A DNA stretch of 64,000 nucleotides from Eledone cirrhosa (Eukaryota): the NCBI GenBank assembly GCA_964016885.1, contig OZ024742.1, positions 356,624,001 through 356,688,000 on the forward strand, given 5' to 3'. The position numbers were made by a program, and so were the translations under genes. Below are positions 28,336-39,769 of the stretch, piece by piece. A model generated the notes under the pieces. The model was given only the letters and a program-made list of their open reading frames with translations, had not been told where the DNA came from and did no database searches. The stretch's first letter is position 1, and every line of letters begins with the position of its first letter.

Positions 28336-28837
28336 GTAGCAAGATATTTTAATACGTATTTTAAACCATAGTATTTAGAAGATTCAAACATTAATGGAAT
28401 GAGCACTCAATACCTGTAAGTAGAATGTAGAAACTTACTATATATATATATAGAGAGAGAGAGAAAGAGATTGTAAGTAGAATGTAGAAACTTACTATAT
28501 ATATAGAGAGAGAGAGATTGGGAGTTGCCCATTAAATGAGGAAGACCATATTCCGCTAAACACTCGATATTTGGGAAAGTAAAATAAACGTATAGTTAAA
28601 AGTTTTAGCTATATATATTTATATACATATATATATAGAGAGAGAGAAAATAAAAGAATTGTGTGATGTGGTTGACTCTTTGAATTACATGTACAACTCA
28701 TTTTTTCCAGCTGTGTCGACTGGAGCACCATGAAATAAAGATTCTTGCTTAAGGACACAACACACTGATAGAAATTGACCTCATGACCTTATGATTGGAA
28801 GCCCAAAACTGTGACCACTAATCCACCCTCTTTTACA

Positions 28838-28874
<37 letters not shown>

Positions 28875-28933
28875 CATACACATGGTGATTGCTTCATCTT
28901 TGCAGATTATTGCTGTCTCTCTATGCACCTCTA

Positions 28934-29440
28934 TCAACCGTCACCAAACGCCTGTCCATGGCCTCTTAGGTGACTTTTAAGTCCAGCATTAGATTTGCAC
29001 AGTCTGCAGCAAATGTGACAGACAAAAGAAGTGCACTCTATTGGATTAATTGGGTTAGTTTGTGGGATGTCATCCTTATATACCCTCATATGCCTTTTGA
29101 GACCAGAGAATGATTTGCAGATCTTTTTGCACACTACACATGTTGTTTCACCTTCACCTAGCATTGGAGGGATAGAGCTGCATACAGTCGGCTTTTTAAG
29201 TGATTTTAAATGAGTAATGTACCTAGATTTAGAGAGCAGTAAAGGACCACACATCTCAAATATCCAGCTCTCTATCTTCTTATTGAGGTTCATACTGTGG
29301 CCTTTTTGAAGGTGACATTTAATATTTTCATGGTCAATACGTTTCTCTTCAAACATTCTGCAGCCTTTCTTCACATGCCTTCTCCATTTACCCCTCTTTA
29401 AAGCAAGCACTTCCCAGTTATGTACTTCAAACTGTAGATC
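28934..29440 (-). pseudogene. RTE/BovB-type LINE C-terminus with three C2H2-type zinc fingers
   Basis: WEVLALKRGKWRRHVKKG..FEEKR followed by CxxC..HxxxH-type repeats (CHICCRLCKSNAGLKSHLRGH). Confidence 0.72.
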
Positions 29441-29639
29441 TTTAATATATGAACACATATATACACATATATAGTTACATGCAAGCATGTATGCATACAT
29501 TCCTACATAAAGACATAGGTGCATACAAATGCATATATACATACACACACATACAAAGATGAATGCATACATATATACATACATACACAAATAGATATAT
29601 ACATATACACTAAATAGCAACACACATATGCAAAGATTG

Positions 29640-30615
29640 AGGAATGTAGTTGTGTAAATTTTGAAATCCCTTATTCTACTGGAAACGTAGAACACCGGCA
29701 GGTCCGAATCGTGAAACATCTGCATACATGTGGAAAATCTGAAGAAAATCACCTGGATACTCTTTAAGCGTACTAAATCTTAGAGTATGATTTTTCTTCC
29801 ATTTGGAGGAAATTGGTTAGGTACTTTTCGAGTTTTATAGATTGGCACCCAGTCATCCGGACAGACATCATCAGTTATTTCTATGGGCGACAAAGGGGGT
29901 CACCGTGGAATTAGCACAACCACTGTTCAGTGTACTTGCACAGGGCGTTCATACTGCGGTGTAGGTGCAACAAAAGGGGTCTTAGGAGAAGTAGCACAGA
30001 CGTGAGTTGTACGGTGTCAATAACAAGGCAACGTACACAGGGCCCGGATTTGCGCGTGATAGAAAGCACGAAGCGTCAATAGGGTGCCGACAAAAATTTT
30101 AGGGTCCTCCTCATTTCCTCAATCACTCGAAAATGGTCCTACTTAAAAGTAAGTAAGTGTTGTATCCTCTGTTAAATAAACCAAATTTTTTACGAAATAT
30201 CATACGCTACTTACGATGTTTAAGTAGCGTTTATATTGAAATGAAAATGGCATGTAATGCCCAATGCTAATTCGTAAATTTCCTAGAAACCATTAATGGA
30301 ATCGGAATTTTTTGTCCACAGCAATGCAAGGGGACTAACTAATGTGTGCTACAAATTTCTAGGAAATTGGCTGGGTTATCTTTAAGGTACGCCTCAAGAA
30401 AGCCTAGAAATGCCTTTAAAATGCGGTTTTTCGCCTAATGCGTGCCCTAGGGAAGAAAAAGTTATAAATGTTTTAGTCCATCACACTTCAAGAAATATAA
30501 GTAACGCATGTGTAAACTTTGAAAATAATCGCTCGGGTACTTCTCGAGTTTTAGGGATTTATACAGACAGATAGACACACACACACAGACATCCTCTGTT
30601 TTATATATAGAGAGA
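29640..30615 (-). mobile_element. Non-autonomous Helitron-like element
   Basis: Minus strand begins tctctatatataaaacagaggatgtctgtgtgtg; 3' end not resolved. Confidence 0.55.
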
Positions 30616-31412
30616 TATGTACATATATACATATACATTCATACATACATCTTACATACATAAATGCATACATACATTCGTACATACATATATATACATT
30701 CATACATATATGCATACATCTCTATATAAGAGGAAAGAGAGATATAACATTAAGTAATTTAACAGCTTGATATACATAGAAAACAAAACTATTGTTTCCT
30801 TCATGTAAATGGTTAAAAGTTAGTTGATCTGCTGAAACTTTACAGTTGAACCCAACTTATTTTACTACATTTTACTACATGATTCCTTTTGTGAACAGAT
30901 AAACAGCATTGAATATTTAATTTGGAGGTAAGTATAACTATATCTAGTAACACTTCTTTCATTTTGGACATATAAGGAATATTATGTCAAATTATGAACG
31001 TTAACTTATGATATAATGTAATTGCATCTAATTAACTAATAATGTTATCAGCTGACAGTCCAGTTGTCTTGAAATGCCATCTTCATAACACATACATCTA
31101 TTGGGAAATAGTTAATAGAGGTGAGGGTAAAAAATATGGAAGAAAAATACAATGTCTACTATGCAGTATTTTCTCTCTATTCACAATCTTCAAGTATTAC
31201 TAACATTCTCATTAATTATTGCCAATTTCTGAGATTGTTTCCTTTGTATTTGTAGCGATTGTGTCACTGATTGTAGTGACAGTGATTAAGTTGTCATGTA
31301 TCCTTTAGAGAATGTTATCCAAGTCATTTTCATAAAAATAGATGAAATTTGGTGTTATGTATCTAGATCATGTGTATGATATGGCTATATTGTAAAAGTA
31401 TGGAATGTAGTT

Positions 31413-31447
<35 letters not shown>

Positions 31448-31554
31448 TAAAAGTGTTGCTGAGAGATGAATAGAAGATTACTGTGTAACCAGTTGTTTGT
31501 GGGTTCAGTCCTGTTGCAAGGCATCTTAGGCAAGTTATCTTCTCTTACATACGA

Positions 31555-32020
31555 AGTCGGACCTTTTGTAAAGACCTGAAGATCCATCTCTTTGTTGCTA
31601 CGCTGGAGTCTGTGCTGTTGTACGGGTCTGAGACTTGGACACTGACCAAGAAACTCACTCAGATGGTGGATTGGTGCTACACGAGAATTCTGAGGATGGC
31701 TCTGAACATTAATCAGTATTCACTGAGGATGAAGAACTCAGAGCTGTACGGGAGCCTCCCAAAAGTCACCTCGAGTTAGCACAGAAGAGAATAAGGTTAG
31801 CTGGACATGCTCACCGACATCCAGAGTTGACACTATACTCAGTGCTCTAATGGGAGCCCCTACATAGACACACTGGAAGAGGAAGACCGAGGTTAACATA
31901 TGTTGATGCCCTAAGGACAGACACTGGTCTGTTGGAGATGCAGGACATGGCAGCAATAATGGGGACAGAGACCGCTGGAGAGAACTCGTCCATGGATCTC
32001 GGGAATTTTACCCACTCTAG
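31555..32020 (+). pseudogene. RTE-clade LINE 3' fragment
   Basis: ESVLLYGSETWTLTK..RLAGHAHRHPE..GRPRLTYVD. Confidence 0.88.
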
Positions 32021-32159
32021 ACATGTGTGTGAAAAGTTATATATGTGCCAGACTTGAAAAAATTCACACTGGGGCTGATATGATGAGTAAATCAAGTTAG
32101 TGTCCCTGCATGACAGCAGTTTTATGACAAAAACGAGTAAAAGAGTAAATTACTAGAAT

Positions 32160-32508
32160 CATCATCATCATTTTTCATCATCATTTTACGTCTGCTTTTT
32201 TCCTGCTTGCAAGGGTGGGACAGGAACTGATTCTGGCTTGATTTCTACAGCTGGATGCCCTTCCTAACACCAACCTCATTTACAGTGAGTGCTGAGTGCT
32301 TTTTTGCCGTGGCACCTCCACGACCACTTTGCTGTGGAATGATAGGGACCCCTGTCCCTATCATCTCATTTCTACAGCTGAGTAAACTGGAGCAATGTGA
32401 AATAAAGTGTCTTGCTCAAGGAAACAACACATCACCCGGTCTGAGAATTGAACTCACAACCTTTCGATTGCAAGGCCAATGCTCTAACCACTAAGCCATG
32501 TGCCTCCT
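32160..32508 (-). mobile_element. tRNA-derived SINE with RTE-derived 3' tail
   Basis: A/B-box-like head ggaggcacatggcttagtggttagagc..gagttcaattc; (GAT)n tail; second copy 59065-59381. Confidence 0.85.
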
Positions 32509-33796
32509 ATATAAATATATATATTTTTTAAAATCAATTTAAACGTCCGTATAGAGCTAGTAAGCCATGATAGACTCGGGGATGTATCGAGTACTCCTTA
32601 CGATTTGTAATCAAAAAGAGCTAGTGAGTCAAGTAATAATAATAATAATATAATGTTAATTACATGATAGAAGACGTTTTGCCAATCACCCTGCAGATAA
32701 AGAACCTCTGCTCTTATAATTGTCATCATGTGATAAATTCTTTAAAAGATCTTCAGGTATAATTGTAGTTCTCAGAGAAAGTGTAAGTTAAAAGTTGTAA
32801 CAAATGATTCACAGAACAACATATCAGACCAATAAAACACATTTCTTCATATAATGAAATAATGTTGTCTCTGATCGAGATGAAGTGAGAGTATTTGAAT
32901 ACTTATAAAAATGAGAAAACTCATTGGTCGAACAGCCATCATAACTATTTATTATTTATTTGTATATCTTTGTAAGTTGTTAACCACATGAGCCTGAAGT
33001 TCACTCAGTTTAATATAACTTATCAAACAGAAATCATATTTTTAAACGATTGATAACGAAAAGATTCATTTCTAAAATATATTATTAAAATAAACTTAAA
33101 ATATAAAATAAACTTGTTTATTTCCATGCATGATATTATGTGGGTTTATTTTGACTTTGTTTATCATTTACAAACTTTCCATTTAATCATTTATTCTTAC
33201 ATTCTAAACCAAATGTTGTTCACATTTTCTTCTACTTATTTCAAAAACATCTTTTAAACTGGCCATATATACAAACAGCAAGAAAACAGAAAATTATTTT
33301 ATGTATGCGACCCTACATACACCCCCACCCCCCAGAAAATAGTAAAATGTTATTATGTGACCCTACATACACATACTCAGAAAACAATAATATTATTCTA
33401 CCTGTATGACCGCCCCCCAGAAAACAGTAATTTTATTCTATCTATATGACTCCCCCGAAAAAAGTAATATTCTATCTAGTGACCCTACATACACCACCAC
33501 CCCAGAAAACAGTAATATTGTTTTACTTATGAATTATACAGCCAAGCTAAGATGGTTATTATATAATTTTTTGCTATAAGCATTTGACATTTTGAATACA
33601 GTTCATTTGTTTACTTAATATCAAAAATAACTTGCTAAAAAAAAACACCCAAATATTTTGAAACTAAAAGAAACAAAAAGCAAACAAAACAGTTGGTTCT
33701 TCTTTATGATCATTAATAAAATATATTTTACTTTCTAAACTCACTTGTTTTTTTATTCTGAATTGGCTAATCTAATAATCAAACAAATACTCTTAG

Positions 33797-34021
33797 TAAA
33801 CATAAAGGCATTAATTTTGTTGGTAGTTGGATATGTTGGACTTCGTGTATGGAACAGTTGGTAAAAGTCAAAAGCAGTTGGTCTAGGAGGAGCCAAGATA
33901 GATATTATATGTGCTGCAGGTTTTGCTATAGCCATAATACACTTGAACTCTGGCCAGAATTCTCTCACCTCTTTCTTTCTGTTCAAACTGGCCATAACTG
34001 GCCCCTCGTACCAATGTCAAG
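33797..34021 (+). CDS. Putative internal exon of an unidentified host gene
   Basis: tactcttag acceptor with upstream ctaat; single open frame KHKGINFVGSWICW..HNWPLVPMS; AG|GT donor; phase 2-2 (alternative acceptor at 33827). Confidence 0.6.
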
Positions 34022-34067
34022 GTATTCTTCTCAAAATAAACAATATCAAAATCTCATAGATTCAATA

Positions 34068-34222
34068 TAATTGTTTCTACTTTTGGCACAAGGCCAGCAA
34101 TTATCCCAATTCAATATAATTGTTTCTACTTTTGGCACAAGGCCAGCAATTATCCCAGTACATTACTGGTACTTTATTTTATCGACCCCGTAAGGATGAA
34201 AGGCAAAGTTAACCTCGGCGGG
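34068..34222 (-). mobile_element. Meta-domain SINE fragment (others at 36960-37048 +, 46943-47105 -, 47915-47960 -)
   Basis: gcctttcatccttacggggtcgataaaataaagtaccag core. Confidence 0.8.
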
Positions 34223-34332
34223 ATATTCAATATAATATGAGATAATTATGTGACATAAAGCCTTTACTCCAAAAATACGATAGTAAATGCTATAGAGTTA
34301 AACACAAAATACAGAATTAATGTTTGATCAGT

Positions 34333-34848
34333 CATCATCATCATCATCATCACCGTTTTACGTCCGTTCTTCCACGCTAGCATGGGTTAGACGGGTTGTC
34401 CTGTTGTGGGCAGTGTCTGGTCGGCTGACCATGCCTTGCTCATACAGGAACTGATCTGGCTTGATTTCTACAGCTGGATGCCCTTCCTAACACCAACCTC
34501 ATTTACAGTGAGTGCTGGGTGCTTTTTCGTGGCGCCTACACGTCCACTTTACAGTGTGGGCTGGGTGCGTTTTTGCCGTGGCACCTCCACGGCCACCTTG
34601 CGGTGGGGGGGGGGGCATATTGTTTATATGCTTCAGCATGTACCCATGGGAGGTCGGGTACCCTGTATTACTGCGTGACGCCAGAAGTCACGGTCGTGTG
34701 TCATTGACTTTGAGAGGTGTAGTTGGGTAAGGTCGGCTTTTATCACCTCATCCCAAGTCATCTTGGGTCTCCCCACTCCGCGGTTTCCATCAACTTCTAG
34801 TGCTCTGCACCTTTTTATGCAGCTGTCATCCTTCATACGCATCATACG
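34333..34848 (-). mobile_element. RTE LINE 3' fragment (intronic)
   Basis: MRMKDDSCIKRC..GRPKMTW and (GAT)n tail. Confidence 0.9.
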
Positions 34849-35275
34849 TCAGAAAACCAATTATGTTGTAGGTGTGCTAAGAATGATTAAATTAAGACCA
34901 GATGTTACTTCTTTTATTAACTTCAGATTTGAAAGGTAAACATGTATCCAAGCATGAATTGAACTTAAAATGTTAAAATACCATATAGTATACTGTGAAG
35001 CATGTAATGTAAAGTCAGTTTTCAGAGTACCACAGTCAGAGTACCATACTTCATGATGAAATAATAACAGAATTAAAACAAAATACTTTTTCTTAGTGAA
35101 AACCCCTTTTGACAAGCTGAAAAGAAAATTAAGTTGAGTGATAAAAGTGTGTGATTTGAAATATTTGTTAATTAACTATTTGATGAATAACATCTATCTT
35201 CATTTGATGAAGAGTTGTATTAACTTGACCTTTACACAAGCAGAAACTTTCTACTTTCTTATTACTCATGCCCAG

Positions 35276-35479
35276 AAGCATATCTAAGAGAATTATGGAC
35301 ACCGTGAAGGTCAGGATAAGTGGCAGCTGTGAAAGAAATCTAAAGGCGAATCGTTTGGCAGCTATTAATATCAATTTCCGTTTGCCTTGTATGTTCTCGA
35401 ATGGTCTTTCATCTTTCATAATAGAGTCACTTTTCAGGCAACAGGGTTGGGAATCTCAAACTTTAGTTCAGATAGAGAA
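35276..35479 (+). CDS. Putative internal exon of the same host gene
   Basis: Pyrimidine-rich ..cccag acceptor; open frame SISKRIMD..LVQIE; AA|GTATGT donor; phase 2-2. Confidence 0.65.
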
Positions 35480-35510
35480 GTATGTATTTGAATATTACAT
35501 TTTTGGATAA

Positions 35511-35571
<61 letters not shown>

Positions 35572-36059
35572 ATATAAATATATGTGTGTGTTAGTGTGTG
35601 TGTGTCAATATACTTGGTTATTTAAATGATTGAAATATCACATTTATCAAATCTAATTAGTACAAGAGCAATTAATTCAGTATAATAATTACCTAAATTA
35701 AAGACCTCTTCTTACTACTGACAGTTGTTACTGGTATAGTATTCTTGTAAGTTTTTACTTTAATTGTTGTTTAGAAGATAATTTGTTGAGAGAGTTATAA
35801 ATCTTAGTGTTATTTTGGAAGAAAAGATCAGTAAATTGAGTTAAATTGTGTTTTAATAAATAAGACATTAATTTGGCAAAGAAAGAAATTTTTCTTACTG
35901 AAATTTCAACTTGAAAATTAATCATTCTTCCTTTTTTTTTTTTTTTCTAAGAACGATTAATAGACTTATAATCAATACAAAAAAGTTAGGAATAATAAAT
36001 CAATCAGATATACAGTTATACACACCATACGTAGTGTGTAGTGTATGTCTGTGTCGGAT

Positions 36060-36090
<31 letters not shown>

Positions 36091-37637
36091 CATGTATATT
36101 GTGTATGACTGTATGTGGTTCTATATGTATACATACATACAGTCATACACTATATATAGTGTGTATGTGGTTCTATATGTATACATACATACATATACAC
36201 TGTGTATAGTGTGTATGTATGTATTCATATATATGTATACATGCATATAGAAATTATCTTTGTCATTTGAGTTTCTATTGATGTCTAATTGTATTTTGAC
36301 ACAACCTCAGTTTAGAGATGGGAATTAATCTCCTGGGATAACGGTGTTGATCGCAATTGTAAACATTCAAACACAATCTGTTGGGAATACATAGGATAGT
36401 AATTTGTTCCCCATAGCAGCAGTCTACAGAGTGTGTGAAGATGCCTAACTAAATGGATGGATGAATTCTAGACAAGACAATGCTAAAGAGATATATTACA
36501 TTGGTTTACTTCAATTGGTATTCTGAGTTTAATCCAGAAGAGGGCTATCAAAGTGATCAGAAAGCCATCATTCTCTGACAACCTCTAAACTGCTGAACTT
36601 GTTGTGTATCAGTCACACATTACCTAACACTACAACAGGTTTCAAGTCATCTAACCTAGTAAATCTACTTTTATTCTAAACCAATATACTTCCCTTCCTC
36701 TCTCTCTTTGTATCTGGATATGTTTGATATACGGGTTTGAGGTTAGAGTGATTGGCTCATCATTGGGAAGATGTGAGTTCAATTCCCAGTAGAGCCTTAT
36801 GTCTTTTGAGCAAGTTACTATACAGGATGTTTTAAAAAAATTTATATTATTTGAGATATAAATATCCCAGAAACTACAAAGTCTAAGTCAACAAGACTGA
36901 GCAAACTTAATGTTCAGCAACCTAAGATTTATTCCTCAAAATGTATCAATATTATATAACTTTGCCTTTCATCCTTACGGGGTCGATAAAATAAAGTACG
37001 AGGTAATGCACTGGGTAATTGCTGGCCTTGTGCCAAAAGTAGAAACAATATATCACTAATTCACAATATATATTGGTAGTTTCTGCGATTTTTACATATC
37101 AAATGATATCTAATTTTTTGAAACACCTTATATTTTACACCTGTCTTGTTACAGACTCTGTCATGCTGAATATTGCTATGTACTCTGATCAGAGAACACA
37201 TGTCTATGGAATGCTGGGACACTTTCGCAACAACTGGAATACCCATCTGATAACAATAAATAACAACAGTATCTCCAACAGTGTCCTGCTGGATTCAGTG
37301 ACAACAACAACAACAATCTGGTTTTTGCCAATGAGCAACCCTTTGAGTGGACATTTGAACTCCTGAAATAGCAGCTAAATATTTGTAAAAGAAATCACAT
37401 GCTACAATTTACAAAACAAAAAAACAAAAATTGAATGATGTGATCCTTGTTTGAGGACTCTGCCCCCATTACCCTCTCAGGAATAAGTAGGAGAAGAAAA
37501 AGATGATGAAGAAAAAGTAATGTGCTCCTACATTCAGTGTCTGAAAATATGGGATCGTCTCTTATATGTAAAGACTACTTGAAAACCGATCAAATATCTA
37601 ATATATCTGATTTTTATCATTCATTCCTTTTCTACAG

Positions 37638-37698
37638 ATATTTTCATGACAAACAAAATTTCTTCTATCCCTTCCAAATTGAAAGATCACATCTCTAA
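37638..37698 (+). CDS. Putative terminal coding exon of the same host gene
   Basis: ttccttttctacag acceptor; phase 2 entry gives (K)YFHDKQNFFYPFQIERSHL*. Confidence 0.6.
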
Positions 37699-38360
37699 TA
37701 CTATTGATATATAGTTAGAATGTCTCAAGAACGAATCACTGGACAGATTTTAAGGGCAAAACCAATCACCAGGAGACCCAGAGGTAACCTCGAGTGATAT
37801 GGTTGGATGACAGCTACGAACTTGGCAGATCTCATTTGAGGAACCAGCCAGATCACTTGGAGACAGTTGCTTCTGACAGGGCCCGCTGGGTGGAGTGTTT
37901 GAGGACTCTGCCCTCAGGAAACCTCAGAGGAAGAAAAAGAAGATTCATTGTCTTATTAGTTTAACTGTTACCTCTTTGATAACAACTGAAGCAAAGTATG
38001 AATACATAAATTGCTAAAGGATATTTACACTTTATATGAAGGTCAAAAGAAATGTGGATTCTATTTTATGAACATGGATCCCCAAAGACTAATAACTTCC
38101 AGAATAATATATATAAGTATAAAGAAAGTACTCAAGTACCGAATTGCGATAAAGATAGCTTATAAAATAGAGTGAAGACTTTAAAATATGTGAGAAAAAA
38201 TTGCCAATATCCACTATGGGGAATCTACCTGGTATCTGGAAGATATGGGGTTTCAATTATTCATAGCAGCCAGTGGCAACTTCTTTTTTCATTTCTTAAG
38301 GGAGGGTCTTCCCCCTATTTTATAAGCTATCTTTATAGCATTTTTGTACTTGAGCACTTT

Positions 38361-38393
<33 letters not shown>

Positions 38394-38396
<3 letters not shown>

Positions 38397-39482
38397 TTGG
38401 GTGCGGATGCATTCATGTATATGTGTGTGTCCGCATGTATCTGTGTGTTTCTAAATATATTGTTAATAACTCCCTCTGGTCGAGCAACCTTTGAAGTGTG
38501 GGGACTGCTGAAAAGCTTCCATTACTCATACTTCTCGCCCCCTTCACCACCTCTTCTACGGCTTCGATATAAATACCCCCTCCGCCTCCGTGGTATTTTC
38601 TTCGGGGTTATAAGAGGCTTAGCTCTGTTTCTCGACCGTTATATCGCGTGACTATCTCCCCCTCCGCCTTTTGGGATTCTTTCTCACGTCGTGTAGAGGC
38701 GTTCTTGAGACTAGTAAAATGAGGTATCCTCTTGATAAGTCGGCAGACCTCGCAAGGACTCTATATCTTTATGATGTATTGTTTTTGTTTATGCCACGAA
38801 ACTACGTAGTCGAGGAATCTAGGAGCAGTTTAGGTATGATACATTTTATTACTAATTATATCTAAATGTTTCTTCTCTCTTCATAATGTATTTTTAACTC
38901 TGATACTGGTTCAGTCTAGTTCAACCGGATTGGTCTGTCCCAGTCATTCATTGAGCAACATCGGTGAAGTTGGCACCCTTAACTCACGGTTGGGTGCGGA
39001 TGCATTCATGTATATGTGTGTGTCCGCATGTATCTGTGTGTTTCTAAATATATTGTTAATAACTCCCTCTGGTCGAGCAACCTTTGAAGTGTGGGGACTG
39101 CTGAAAAGCTTCCATTACTCATACTTCTGGTCCCCTTCACCACCTCTTCTACGACTTCGATATAAATACCCCCTCCGCCTCCGTGGTATTTTCTTCGGGG
39201 TTATAAGAGGCTTAGCTCTGTTTCTCGACCGTTATATCGCGTAACTATCTCCCCCTCCGCCTTTTGGGATTCTTTCTCACGTCGTGTAGACGCGTTCTTG
39301 AGACTAGTAAAATGAGGTATCCTCTTGATAAGTCGGCAGACCTCGCAAGGACTCTATATCTTTATGATGTATTGTTTTTGTTTATGCCACGAAACTACGC
39401 AGTCGAGGAATCTAGGAGCAGTTTAGGTATGATACATTTTATTACTAATTATATCTAAATGTTTCTTCTCTCTTCATAATGT
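38394..39482 (+). mobile_element. Retrozyme-like tandem element, family G (593-bp unit, about 1.8 copies) with U3-A8 HHRs at 38727-38816 and 39320-39409
   Basis: Direct repeat with exact 593-bp period; UCCUC-UUGAUAA..GAAAC uacgua GUC-GAGGA; TA-flanked. Confidence 0.9.
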
Positions 39483-39552
39483 ATATATATATATATAACC
39501 CATGCTAGCGTGGAAGATGGACGTTAAACGATGATGATGATGATGATGACAT

Positions 39553-39748
39553 ATATAGAAAAGCTTCTACAGGACTAGAACTGTTTCATTCATGAGAAAT
39601 CATCAGGAAGCGCATGAGCTTCCTGATGATTTCTCATGAATGAAACAGTTCTAGTCCTGTAGAAGCTTTTCTATAATATGTATACTCTACTTTGTATTGA
39701 GTACCTTACTTAGTGTAGATACCTCCGATTGAACTGGGGATAAACTTA
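39553..39748 (+). mobile_element. Fold-back element, family E, with HHR at 39617-39667 (mirror 39562-39611)
   Basis: AGCUUC-CUGAUGA..GAAAC..GUA-GAAGCU; homologous to 3372-3563; truncated copy near 48163-48210. Confidence 0.88.
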
Positions 39749-39769
39749 TATATATATATATAAATATAT

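Noticed and set aside
32430-32508. tRNA gene (also 59310-59381 and 60612-60672)
   Set aside because: tRNA-derived SINE heads that continue into SINE bodies or other repeats; no intact cloverleaf seen.
32697-32756. 60-bp candidate exon IKNLCSYNCHHVINSLKDLQ
   Set aside because: Phase 0-0 is incompatible with the neighbouring phase-2 exons without an unseen extra exon, and the donor is weak.
38120-38368. Old fold-back (also 41628-41916, 48896-48957 and 12622-12703) as HHR elements
   Set aside because: The inverted arms are real, but no complete hammerhead core could be read.
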